DNA from: Mytilus edulis
Taxonomy: Eukaryota
Assembly (NCBI RefSeq): GCF_963676685.1
Contig: NC_092350.1
Span: forward strand, 27,528,001-27,592,000
Length of the DNA stretch: 64,000 nucleotides
Direction: 5' to 3'
Of the stretch, positions 25,101 to 36,804 are shown piece by piece. Made by a program: the position numbers and the translations under genes. The notes beneath the pieces were generated by a model. That model was not told the DNA's origin, made no database searches, and saw nothing but the letters and a program-made list of their open reading frames with translations. Positions within the stretch are counted from its first letter, which is position 1. Each line of letters begins with the position of its first letter.

Positions 25101-27127
25101 CCTGATGGACAATGAACATGATTACAATTAAAGCGATTACTCACTACGTCAGAACTGATTCCGATCTGCTTCTGCGGAGTTACAATTAATCAGGCTCAAA
25201 TTTTTTGCTGTCGTTTCGAAAATGGTTGAGATTTAAAAAGAGATAAACCTTGGCATCTTAGTACCTCGTTTTAAGATTTAAAAAATCACATCTGATATTG
25301 TTGGAAAAATGTCAAAATATATGAATTGTAACGTTTTGTTTTAATCGACTGGTCTAAAATAATAAACATACGGAGTCTGCAATAATGAACATACGGTCAA
25401 AACTATTAAATTTAAGAAATAATTCTTTTATTTCATGCTCTATGCTCATTTTAACAAGGTAGGGCATTATATTTGTCAATTTATGTACACCATAAAAAAA
25501 AATTCTGAGAAGTTAATACACGAATTTCTAGTAAAATGTATGTACATTGATGTACATTTTGCCTTGCTGATTATTTTAGCTGTTCGAGTTTCTCTTTATA
25601 TACTCTCAAGATAGACATAAAAGAATGGGAAAAAAATCGGACTTTGATATATATAAGCAATGGCTCGTATAAGGGACCAGTCATTTGTAACCCCCAAAAG
25701 GAGGGATAGGAAACAATAAAAGGGGACTTTAATTTCATCATTTTTTTAATGTAAAGGTGCATTCGATTTTATATAGTTATAGATTTGCGGTATATGGCGA
25801 TGTCTTCAAAATCCGTAGGCATCAATGTTTACGCCTCGTTCCGCTCGCCTCAATTGTTAAAACATGAATCCTTAGTTTCAACAATTTCACTAGCAGAAAA
25901 TGTTGCATCTGAAGCTAATATCGAACGAAGGTGTGGTAAATATTAATGAGACCATAACTGGCAAATCCAAATTAAGTTCGTGAAGTCGCACACAACTTCC
26001 ACACTTGAAGTTCTCGATCCACTACTGACGCAATATTTTAAACGTATAATGCATTTAGATACTTAATACGATTTTTTTGTTATTACAAACAAAAGTATTG
26101 AAAATGTGTGTATATGTGTTTGTGTGTAATTGTTCGGTGATGGCTTTTATTTTGGGAAGAGGGGGGTTGAAATTTGTAGGTCTTTGGAAAAGGGGGTATT
26201 CATTGACCTTTTTCCTTCTTCAAGGTGTAGACTTGAAAAAAAGAGAAAAAGTCCACTGTTTCCCAACGTCCCCACCCCAAATGAAAGAAAATTACCATAA
26301 TTATTACTTATTTATTTATTTAAACATTCCAATGTGTTTTTACCAAAGAGATTTCTACTTACGTATCTTTCGTTTTTGACTGGTAATCAAGATAATAGCC
26401 AATAAAACAATAAAACTCTGAAGAGCCAAAATTGCCCAAAAAAGACCTTAATAAGTTTACTATAGAGTATTATCAGACACATTGCACTATGTTTTTTTAA
26501 ATCAATTATTGTTTCCAGGATTAACGCAAAATATTAAAAGCCGCTGTCGAAAATCTTCACTTTGAAAAATGCAAAACACAACTCTCTATCTGTAAGAGAA
26601 CAATAGGTCTCAGTAAACAATAAATAAATGCATTGTTCAAGTTCATTTAAACACCAATCTGATTAGATTCAGGTATTGTGTATCTAGGCTTTGCTTACGC
26701 CGATCTGAAAACGCTCAATTCAAGACCATTTGGGAATTTGGGATTCTATGGTTTTGTCGGATTGATCCACACCTTCAAAAATATGAAGGCTGAAATTTCA
26801 TTGGCTGAAGTAATATTAACCAGGACAGAAAGTAAAACGAAGTGTTATCAGATCCTTTATCCAAAGCTTAGACAGATGATCTGTACATTATATATTAATC
26901 ATTTGTAAGACACCGACTGTAGTGTGGGTAGGAGCACGTGTATTTCCTTGATGAACTTCAATAAAAAAGAACATGGTTATTTTTTTCTTAATTTCATTAT
27001 TGTTTTATTTTCCCCAGATTTTAAATGGAAACAATCTATTTCGCTTCCCTTCTGAAAATATAAAATCGCTTTCAAGAAATTTGGCAATGTTGCCCCTCTC
27101 ACCAAAACCTTTATATTGCGGGTTATT

Positions 27128-27410
27128 GCATGTGGTGGTGCTTTCGTGGTAGCATGTTCGCAAAGAGTGAGAGAGGTCATGGGTCGACCCCCAGCTGGGT
27201 CAATTCCAGAGACGTTCAAATTGATATTTGCTGCTTCCCTGCTTAGCACGCAAAATTAAGGAATATGAGCAAAAGCTGGTCGGCTCGGAATCAGAAGAGT
27301 TTGTCCGGGTAAGGTGATATGTCTTCCTTTTGAAATATACCTTGTGAACTAGCATGTTACAAATATAGCTCAGGTCTAGTACAAAGCAGGGTTACTAGTA
27401 ATATTCATCT
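27128..27410 (+). mobile_element. tRNA-derived SINE (core resembles mollusc MetaSINE-type)
   Basis: Decayed tRNA-like head with B-box-like gggtcgaccc (27181-27190), followed by aaattgatatttgctgcttccctgcttagcacgc...ctggtcggctcggaatcag. Subfamily assignment is from memory. Confidence 0.6.
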
Positions 27411-27832
27411 CACATTACAGCTATTTTCCAAATGCATGTAGTTTAAAGGTTTGATTGGCTTGATTGCTTTGTTTTTATAACTGTTTGCTCATGCATTTTA
27501 ATTAAGTTTTACAATTCTAATTAACAGCTAGGCTGGTTTTCAGCTTGTATGATGTTAATGAATGCTTGAAGAAACATTTATACAAACAAAGCAAGCAAGC
27601 CAACCAAACCTTTAAACTACATACATTAGGAAAATACAATGTAGCTGTAACATGTTCTTGTACGAATATGCAAATCAATTTGCCGCTGCACATCAAGCAT
27701 CCATCCATAACCATCTATATTGAAGTTGTGAAATATATGCACGAAAACATAATAAAAAGCTGAAAGCAAATGAAATACACCGAGTTGAAGTTCATTCCAT
27801 ATCTCCTTTAAACCATTTCGGATGAAAGAGAT

Positions 27833-27955
27833 GGACGCTCGCTGATCGAGTGGTCTGAATAGTCGAATTACTGTATCACTGGTCTGTCGACACTTAGGTG
27901 TGTGAGTTCGAATACCGCAGGTGGCAGGTAAGCTCGACTCCTATCTTAATTGACA
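27833..27955 (+). mobile_element. tRNA-derived SINE head
   Basis: A-box-like tgatcgagtgg (27843-27853) and B-box gagttcgaatacc (27904-27916); no canonical cloverleaf. Confidence 0.6.
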
Positions 27956-28669
27956 AAATATATATAAAAAGTATATACAAATATGTGAACATTACCCAAC
28001 CTGACCATTTCGCATTTCGCGAGCAGTACGTTGACTGAGCATGCGGTCTCCGAATTTGGATATTTTGGTATTATTCTGTGGAAAAAAAAATTGTTTCAAA
28101 GACAAATTAAGGAAGTACAAAACACTACATGTATACGTCATATCACAAATATTTACGACTTTTTATGGTTTTGGAGGAGTAATACTACATTTTACATCTT
28201 ACCATTTATATTATTCAATAACGTTTTATAAAACAAACCATCTCGCCATGTATTATGCATGAGTATATAATTTTATAGCTATTGGTGTGAAATATTTTTA
28301 AAACTGACTGTGAGTTCAATGGTGTATTGTGCAATGAATAGAAATAAGAAGATGAGGTATGAGAGCCAATGAGAAAACCCTCCATCCAAGTCATAATTTG
28401 TAAGAGTAAACAATCATAGGTCAAAGTACGACCTTCAACACGTAGCCTTTGCCAAACCCAAATAGCAAGCTATAAAGAGCCTCAAAAATTGTTTTATCAT
28501 ATTTTCGCCACAGCCGCAAATTTCTCCAATTCGCTCCTGTATTTATTGATCTTAATCTACCTCCGAAATGTTTGAAACGTTGATTTTGTTAAAGTGCATT
28601 GTCTCATTTTTCCTATTAATTGCACTCTCGCTAGTGATAGACGCATGTTTGAGCCTGGTTTATAGTTTA

Positions 28670-28935
28670 CAGAAGCAGATCGGAATCAGTTATGACGTAG
28701 ACAGTTATCATTCTAATCGTAATCATGTTCATTGACCGTAACGACGATGAAAGCACATCATATAATGACGTTTCGACATTATATAATGAAGTAAACCAAA
28801 CCACATCATATAAGATTACAAGCACATAATATGTACGCATCATATAAGTATATTTACACATGATGTAAGTATATTTGCACATAATATAAGTAAATTTGCA
28901 CATCATATAAGGATCTTTGCACATAATATAAGTAC
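28670..28935. repeat. Second, inverted partial copy of the 21-bp-array element
   Basis: agaagcagatcggaatcagtt (28671) is the reverse complement of aactgattccgatctgcttct (25153); followed by cacatcatataag units. Confidence 0.85.
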
Positions 28936-28959
28936 ATTAAATTTTTCATGACTTGATAA

Positions 28960-30795
28960 ATATCAAAACTCAACGTTATAATTTTTTATCTAAAGATATC
29001 GATACAGCTGATGTACTAAGAGCAAAAACTACAAGACATGGACTAAAATCATTTTGTTATAGTGCTGCACAATTATGGAATGAGCTGCCAAACCACATAC
29101 GACTGGAAACTTCTCTAATTCAATTTTCCGATTTAATAAAATTGAGAATGGAAATGGGGAATGTGTCAAAGAGACAACAACCCGACCAAATAAAAAACAA
29201 CAGCAGAGGGTCACCGACAGGTCTTCAATGTAGCGAGAAATTCCCGCACCGGAGGCGTCCTTCAGCTGGCCCCTACACAAATATATACTAGTCCAGTGAT
29301 AATGAACGCCATACTAATTTCCAAATTGTACACAAGAAACTAAAATTAAAATTAAAATAATACAAGACTAACAAAGGCCAGAGGCTCCTGACTTGGGACA
29401 GGCGCAAAAATGCAGCGGGGTTTAACATGTTTGTGAGATCTCAACCCTCCCCCTATACCTCTAACCAATGTAGTAAAGTAAACGCATAACAATACGCACA
29501 TTAAAATTCAGTTCAAGAGAAATCCGAGTCTGATGTCAGAAGATGTAACCAAAGAAAATAAACAAAATGACAATAATACATAAATAACAACAGACTACTA
29601 GCAGTTAACTGACATGCCAGCTCCAGACTTCAATTAAACTGACTGAAAGATTATGATTTCATCATATGAACATCAGGCACAATCCTTCCCGTTAGGGGTT
29701 TAGTATCATACCATCATAACATATATGAGAAGAACATAACCCGTGTCATGCCAACAACTGTTTTTAGAATAAATGTGTTTAGTTCCGATGCAAAGACCTT
29801 ATCAGTGACTCAATATTAACGCCAAACTATGCAATCTTTAATGACTTGACAACAGTATCGTAATTATATCCCTTCTTAATAAGTCTATTCAAAGGTTTTG
29901 TAAGTTTCTGAGGTGAATACTGACACCTTCGTGCTTTATAAAGAATATTACCATAAAAAATTGGATGTGAAATACCTGAACGTATTAGAAGTCTGCATGT
30001 TGAGCTATATTTACGAATGATGTCTTTATACCGATGATAAAATTTAGTAAATGTTTTGACTAGTTTGTGATATCGAAAACCCTGGTGTAATAATTTTTCA
30101 GTAATACATAAATTTCTCTCGTTAAAATCGAAAACATTGTTACATACACGAGCGAATCGTACAAGTTGAGATATATAAACACCGTAAGATGGTGACAAGG
30201 GAACGTCACCATCTAAAAACGGATAATTAACGATAGGAAATGAAAAATCATCCCTTTTATCATAAATTTTAGTATTCAGCTTTCCATTAGTGATATAGAT
30301 ATCAAGATCGAGAAAAGGGCAGTGGTCATTGTTAGTATTAGCTTTATTTAAAGTAAGTTCAACAGGATAAATTTCATTAATATACATACTGAAGTCGTCA
30401 TTATTGAGAGCCAAAATATCATCCAAATATCTAAAAGTATTATTAAATTTGTTTATCAGATGTTGTTTCGATGGGTCTTTGCTTAATACAGACCTAGAAT
30501 GGCAGTTTATGCCAATGACATGCATCCAATTAGTTACTGTACCTTGTGATATGAGCTTAGTTTGGCTTTTTGCTGCTTTCATTCAAAATTTGTTCGCTTT
30601 GATTTTATAATGTTTCTGCATGAACAGTATTTTATATTGCTTATGTACTTCAATGCTATATGTTTTTTTGTTGTCTTATTGTAATGTATGTAAAAACTAT
30701 CTTTGTTTAAATATGTATGTGCGTTTGCATGTTGTGTGTGTGTGTATGTAGGTATCGACAATAAATAAAAATTTGATTTGATTTGGTTTGTTTGA
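28960..30795 (+). mobile_element. 3' end of a CR1/L2-type LINE, interrupted by the PLE at 29139-30482
   Basis: GLKSFCYSAAQLWNELPNHIRLETSLIQFSDLI is a typical RT C-terminal tail. It continues in frame after the insertion as QT*NGSLCQ*HA (degenerate W-N-G-x-x-C-x-C). AT-rich 3'UTR ends in aataaa plus a (tttga)n-like tail at ~30760-30795. Confidence 0.72.
29139..30482 (-). mobile_element. 5'-truncated Penelope-like retroelement (family A): RT C-terminal half plus ~690 bp 3' region
   Basis: Uninterrupted frame with FRYLDDIL, CPFLDLDI, KIYDKRDDFSFPIVNYPFL, YGVYISQLVRFARVC; stop at 29827 with no GIY-YIG. Flanked by ttaata at 29133-29138 and 30483-30488. 3' part is near-identical to 1288-1682. Confidence 0.88.
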
Positions 30796-31904
30796 ATGGT
30801 TTGAATTTGGTAACCATTTTTTCTCCTTCAGTGAAGCCAAAGCTTAGAGGGCGACAGTTTTTTGTTGTTTGTTATGATGTAGAAATATCCAGCCATGTTC
30901 TGTTAGAAAGGAAACGTTACGATAGATGGGCTGGTGTTTTAAATACAATTAGATAAATTTGTTTCATACTTTTGCATAACATATAATAGTTTAATTCATG
31001 CTATTATTTTATTTTGATTTTATCCTTAAAAATAACAATACAAAAAGTACTGGTCACGGGGCTTTTTTAGGCTACAAGTGGTGTAAAAACTCTTGTATGG
31101 GAGTAAAAAGAAACCTTAAAATATGATAATCTAATTTGTTGAAGGAAGATAATAATCAATTTATTTCAAGTTATTTTTTTGGGGAGATCAAAAACAAGTT
31201 TCATGAGATAATTCTTACTTTTCATTTCTGAAAGCAGATTTCTCAACCTTTCTGGTTTTTTTCCATTCTGTCATTTTTATTAACTACAATTTAGTGCATA
31301 TACTTAAAGAATTGTTCTGAGAAGTCTTAATATTTTCCTAGTTGTAGCCGTACAAAATGTACAACACAAACATACTAGCTATACAATGTCTAATAATGTT
31401 TGATTGACAAAAGATGTCAATGATGAAAACCAATTAAATAGCATAATAATTTTATTGTTTTCTTAAATTTCTCAGATCCAAATCTATAGGATATAAAACC
31501 GCATTAGTCATAACCGTTGTGACATTATTGTTGTTTTAGAAAATTGGTTAAGAACTATCAATCTATTTTCCATTACCAAAGAATAATGTAAATAAACTAT
31601 TTTTTACTGATGTTTACTATTGTCTTTGAAACTTGAATTGATAATGTGATTTTATATTCAGAATGCACCGTCTCTGCTTCAAACTAATAATTACTAGGAA
31701 ACATTTCAAAGCAAACGGAAGTCCTAAGCAAACACTAAGTTGTTTATTTGCAATCATTGGTTCTTTTGATACTTCTGCAGGTAAATGACACATGTGACTT
31801 ACTTGATTAGCGGTCACCGTCTAGTTTTTCAACTAACAGCTTTTAAACAGCAACCGTTACGAAAGACCACGACACTCTTATTTATTTTACGAATTTAAGA
31901 TATT

Positions 31905-32936
31905 ATGACCAACAAGACTTTAGAGGAATATAGTGAAGAGGAAGCCAATCGCCGGCTGATTCCAATTATCTACCTTTGCATACTGATGACTGTTGGGATA
32001 ATAGGGAATGCCCTTGTTCTCATTATATATCCTATGAAATTTTCGGTCAGTACACACAGAACATTCATTACTGGACTTGCAATACCGGATATTCTAGTTT
32101 GCCTTGTAATCATTCCATTCGAAATAGTAGAAATGCGATATCAGTATAGATTCTACAATGCGATATTATGTAAATTGTTTAGAACATGTTCACATTGGTT
32201 TGGCATGGCCTCTATATTTGTACTTACTCAATTATCTTATGATACATACCAAAGAATCTGCAAACCATTCAAGGAACAAATTTCGATTAAAAAGGCAAAG
32301 ATTTACATCGGAGGTGGATATATTATAACGTTTTTCTTATCTAGTTTAAGCTTTTTTGGGAGTGGTATTCGAATTGTGTCGCTCGACAACTTTACCGTAG
32401 GACATGATTGTTCCCTTGCTGATGAATATGTTGATACCTTACTTCCGGTCATTGGTGAGGGTATCCTGACGCTATTGATTTTTACTTGTATTTTCTTTCT
32501 AGTATTGATTTATTCTCTAATCGGAAGAACGATATTTATACAATCAAGATTTAGAAGACAATTTCGCGCCGACCCGTCACCAGAATCACGGGAATCTAAT
32601 GCAACTAACAAAATATTCACTATTTCAGAGACAAAACATTCAGAAAAAACAAATCAAAAATCGCTGGAATCACCATTAAACCGTGTCACTAAGATTGCAT
32701 TCGTGATAACTGTCGTGTTTATACTTAGCTTCATACCACATGCGATTATAAGTTTATTAACAGCATTGAAAGGTTCTTTTCTAGTAGAACCCGGATCTGT
32801 GGCTTCTTTGATCATGCCTATATTAGCACGATCTGTGATGATAAATAATGTAGTCAATCCTATTGTTTATGGTTTTATGGACAAGCGTTTTCGACAAAGT
32901 TGTAATATGATGTGGATTTGCTGTAGGTCTAGATAA
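31905..32936 (+). CDS. Class A GPCR, peptide-receptor-like orphan, 343 aa, single coding exon; closest paralog of 14924-16057
   Basis: GIIGNALV, LAIPDILVCLVIIPFE, LCK, SYDTYQRICKP, HDCS, FILSFIP, NPIVYGFMDKRFR, C-terminal Cys cluster (candidate palmitoylation). N-terminus KTLEEYSEEEANRR matches KTLSDYNKEEALRR of the paralog. Confidence 0.94.
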   Translation: MTNKTLEEYSEEEANRRLIPIIYLCILMTVGIIGNALVLIIYPMKFSVSTHRTFITGLAIPDILVCLVIIPFEIVEMRYQYRFYNAILCKLFRTCSHWFGMASIFVLTQLSYDTYQRICKPFKEQISIKKAKIYIGGGYIITFFLSSLSFFGSGIRIVSLDNFTVGHDCSLADEYVDTLLPVIGEGILTLLIFTCIFFLVLIYSLIGRTIFIQSRFRRQFRADPSPESRESNATNKIFTISETKHSEKTNQKSLESPLNRVTKIAFVITVVFILSFIPHAIISLLTALKGSFLVEPGSVASLIMPILARSVMINNVVNPIVYGFMDKRFRQSCNMMWICCRSR

Positions 32937-33964
32937 AACCGTGTTTGATATCCGGTATAATACATATTATGGATATGTTTGGAATAAAAAGGCAGTGGGT
33001 CTTGAAGAAAAGGTTGACTAGAAACTTGACAACTGACATATACAAAATAATCAGATATAAAGAAAAGCCGACTTCAATCATTTTTTTATTATTTTAAAGG
33101 ACAGATTGTAATGTAAAAGAAGATGTTTGTTGGTTTTTAAGGTTTGTGTTGCTGTTTAAAACTAAAGAAACTGGTATTAAACTTTACAGAGTTAGTTTAA
33201 CATTTGTTATTATTATATGTTTTGTTATATTATATTTCGTTTTTTTTTTTTTATTAATAAAAGTGATAAATTTGTTTTTTAAAATCTTGTTCCTGTGTGT
33301 TTTCTGTTTAAAACAAAATTAAAGTTTAAAAAGTGGGTGAACTCTACGAGAAACAAGCATTCTGAGAGTATTGCATGGCACTACATAGTCCCCTACATTA
33401 TATTGGAACACAATGCTAAATTGTTCTATAACTTGTCATGGTGTAAACAAAAAGAAAACATCAATTCGTTATATTTAAGCATGACTAATACAGTGTGAAA
33501 AACTGATTATATGAGTGAATTTTTCAAGTCCAAGGACGATAACACGCACAAAATTATGGATAATCAGACCGAAACAAAAAATGAAGTTGATCTGTAACTT
33601 GTCATGATAAAACTATATACCAATTATCAATCAATACCTTCAAGCATGATGAAAGAAGTCAGAAAACACTCTTAGCATTCGATATGATGTAATGAAATCT
33701 ATATATATTTTTAAATTATAATCAAATATAATTATTAGTTCCAAATATTTTTACTTTCATTTGTCACAAACTAATATAGATTTGTACATGTATCTTATCT
33801 ATAAAATGTCAACCCAATGTAATGTAATGAAATTTATACCTTAATAAAAATAGATTATTATCTTATAAAAGGAATTCACTTAATAATTTTTCTATATATA
33901 TATTATTCAGAAAATTAGTTTATACAATATAACAAAAAAAACATTCTGGTACAGAATTGTGTAA

Positions 33965-34440
33965 ATGTTCGCCAACTTCGCCAACGTCGCCAACATTTAC
34001 GAAATCATTACTGTTCGCCAATGTTGCCAACGTTGCCAACATTTACGAAATCATTACTGTTCGACAACGGCGCCGACGTCGTCAACATTTACGAAATGAA
34101 TACTGTTCGCCAACGTCGCCAACATTACTTAATTATTACTGTTCGCCAATGTCTCCAACGTCACCAACATTTAAATCATTACTGTTCGTCAATGTCGCCA
34201 ACGTCCCATACATTTATGAAATCAATACTGTTCGCCAACGTCACCAATTTAAGGAAATCGTTATTGTTTGCCAACATAACCAATAATTATGTAATCATAA
34301 CTATTCGCAAACATTTACGAAATAATACTGTTCGCCAATGTCACTATCATCGCCAACCTTTACGAATCCTGTACTGGTCACCAATATTTACTCTTCGCCA
34401 ATTTTTTAGAAAGATTGATGTTCGCCAACCTTTACATAAT
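33965..34440. repeat. Tandem array of ~37-46-bp units with 9-bp subrepeats
   Basis: tactgttcgccaacgtcgccaacatttacgaaatcat repeated about ten times, decaying to the right. Confidence 0.9.
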
Positions 34441-35002
34441 TACTATTATTATACCTTACATATATTTCAAACAATTCTATTGGGTGAAACGTTATCACGT
34501 GACATGGAATAATTCAGTTAATTTTCATTCAATAGTAAGGAAGGACGAATAACCCTAGAAATTTACACCAGCGGTGAATAACCCTATTATTCACCGGTGA
34601 ATTATAACTTTTTGAGTTTGTTGATTTGTACTTGAGTTACCTCCCATGAAAATGACGTCACAGACGTAAATAAACAAAATGGCAGCGTTCACGTTACACT
34701 GGAAGCCCATCGACAGACGAGGAAATAAGGCATTGGACATGCATAGAGTTGAGAGTGCCAGCAGCCGATGATATCTCTTATAAACGGTCCTTTTCAGGGC
34801 CATCAATATTTTACAAAAAGATTCTACTTTTGTTGTAAATTTGAGAAATTCGAACACAAATGTATTTTCAAACGTCAGTCTGTGTAAATATTAAAAATAT
34901 AGACACTAGGTGTTCGAAATGCCCTTCCACTGTTAGTTCGGTATAATAAAACAATTGTGGCCCCTTAGAATCGATGAATATCCAAAATTGTCAACCCTTA
35001 AA

Positions 35003-35061
35003 AGTTATTTCACTTCGGGCTGTGCCCTCAGACTGAGGGCACAGCCCGAAGTGAAATAACT
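35003..35061. repeat. Perfect 29-bp-arm palindrome with 1-nt spacer
   Basis: agttatttcacttcgggctgtgccctcag-a-ctgagggcacagcccgaagtgaaataact. Confidence 0.95.
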
Positions 35062-36804
35062 GAAACACAATCTATTTCCTGCATGCAGAAGCAGCCGATT
35101 TCAGTGCTCTGTTTTCTCAAACACCTCTCCCTAGTTTTCCGTGTTGCAGATTTTGAGGCTTCATATGCAAATTTCTGGATACAAACTACTTTACACGACT
35201 TCCCCCGTATCATTTATATAAAATTAAAATTATATCATGGAAATAATCCAAATAACAGCTTCTTACTTAAAATTTATTGGCTTTAAAACTAGTTTTTCAT
35301 CAAAATATAAAGTGTCGCTCGGGGTGTCAAATTTTGCATCTCAAGGGGGCGAGATTTTTAATAAAAAATAGAATAGACTTCCATATAAACTGGTCTTTAT
35401 CTGATACTTTTTTATTCAAACACATCTACTATATTATGATTACATATTACAAACTGAAGATACTCTTATTTGCCTGTTATTTTAGTTTTATAAGACATGT
35501 GCTTTTGATTTAATAAAATGTAAAAAATGACTCAAACTATTTTGTTTTAAAGCTGGAAAATGACTTCTTTTCCTTTTCAGTCACTATCATGGTCAGAAAA
35601 AGTCACGGCTGTGGCTCAATGAAACGAAACATGTAGGAAAATCACAGAGCAGACCTCCTTATAAGATTTGGCCAAATAGTTTTCAAAAGTACCAGGATTA
35701 TAATTTTATACGCCAGACAAGCCATTAACTGTCAAACTCCATCATCATTGACATCAAAGTTATTCACCAGGTTCCCTTCAAAAGAACTCGTGCACACCGC
35801 AAAAGCGCTCACTCCAAAATTAATTCGATTACTCTCTCCAATGAAACACTCACCGTCATCTTTATCATCAAATGACAATACAACTTTAAGGAGACATGAA
35901 GACGACGACACTACTATTCTTAACGATTTCAAAACAGCGATTCAAAATCTTAAAAAAATAATCTGCCTGCTGATTTTTTTTAATCTTTTATCCAAATGGT
36001 AAAAGAAAGTAAATTTCCTTTAGACAATATTTCTCATCTTCTTTACCTAGAGACATTCAGATTTGTGTCAAAGAGAATAACATCCGAAATTTAGTACTAG
36101 TATCGGGAAACAACAAAGAGATTTTGGAAATCTGGCTACAGACTTTTTCAAGGTAATATTTTATATTTATCGGTGGACCAAAAAGTATTGGACACACTAC
36201 AGAAAACTTGTGTGAGCGAGGAATGGCCGATCACCAAGATGCAGGAATTAATTTTGCAGTTTCAAGCCAAAAGATACTATCATAATTCATCGCCATGGAC
36301 CTTGATATCCCAAAGTCAATTCTCCAGGCCTCGTTTATCCTGTATTTAATACATTACGTAACCAACAAAATGATGAGTGTATGTTATATGCTGACGAGGG
36401 AAAAGGTAACAGCAGGTACAATGTAGATAGATGACAATGATGGAGATGTAGATATGTTCGGTTTTGAAGATGGGATAACATTTAAGAAATAAAACCACTA
36501 ATAAAAGACCAAATAAGTATTTTGAATGATATAACTAACTTTTTACTAGGCAAACATTTATCGGGTACAGACAAGTTTTTGGAACTTTTCTTTATAAAAG
36601 GGTACACGAGGCGCTTAAAATTATAGGTCTACGATTGAAAAACTGTAAAGAGCTCGACATACGCCAGAAAAATGTGTCTTCAAAAGTTTGAAGGAATGGC
36701 AGGTGACAATTGGCGTTAATCGCGATTTGTATTTGTGATCAGTGGATTACAGGCGTCATTGTTTCAGCTAACGTAATTTTGTGGGAAATGGCTTTTCTTG
36801 TATC

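Noticed and set aside
27833-27930. tRNA gene
   Set aside because: A and B boxes present but spacing too long and no acceptor or anticodon stems; treated as a SINE head.
28953-29291. 112-aa ORF as a gene
   Set aside because: Chimera of a LINE C-terminus and the antisense PLE tail.
30483-30582. N-terminus of the 251-aa RT ORF
   Set aside because: Read-through into antisense LINE sequence beyond the 5' truncation; not part of the element.
33957-34512. Overlapping 109-aa and 163-aa ORFs
   Set aside because: Same peptide motifs cycle through all frames, as expected from a tandem DNA repeat.
35083-35513. Duplicated ORFs (also 38536-39012) as paralogous genes
   Set aside because: Identity reflects the DNA inverted repeat; short, non-ATG or frameshifted, no protein-like motifs.
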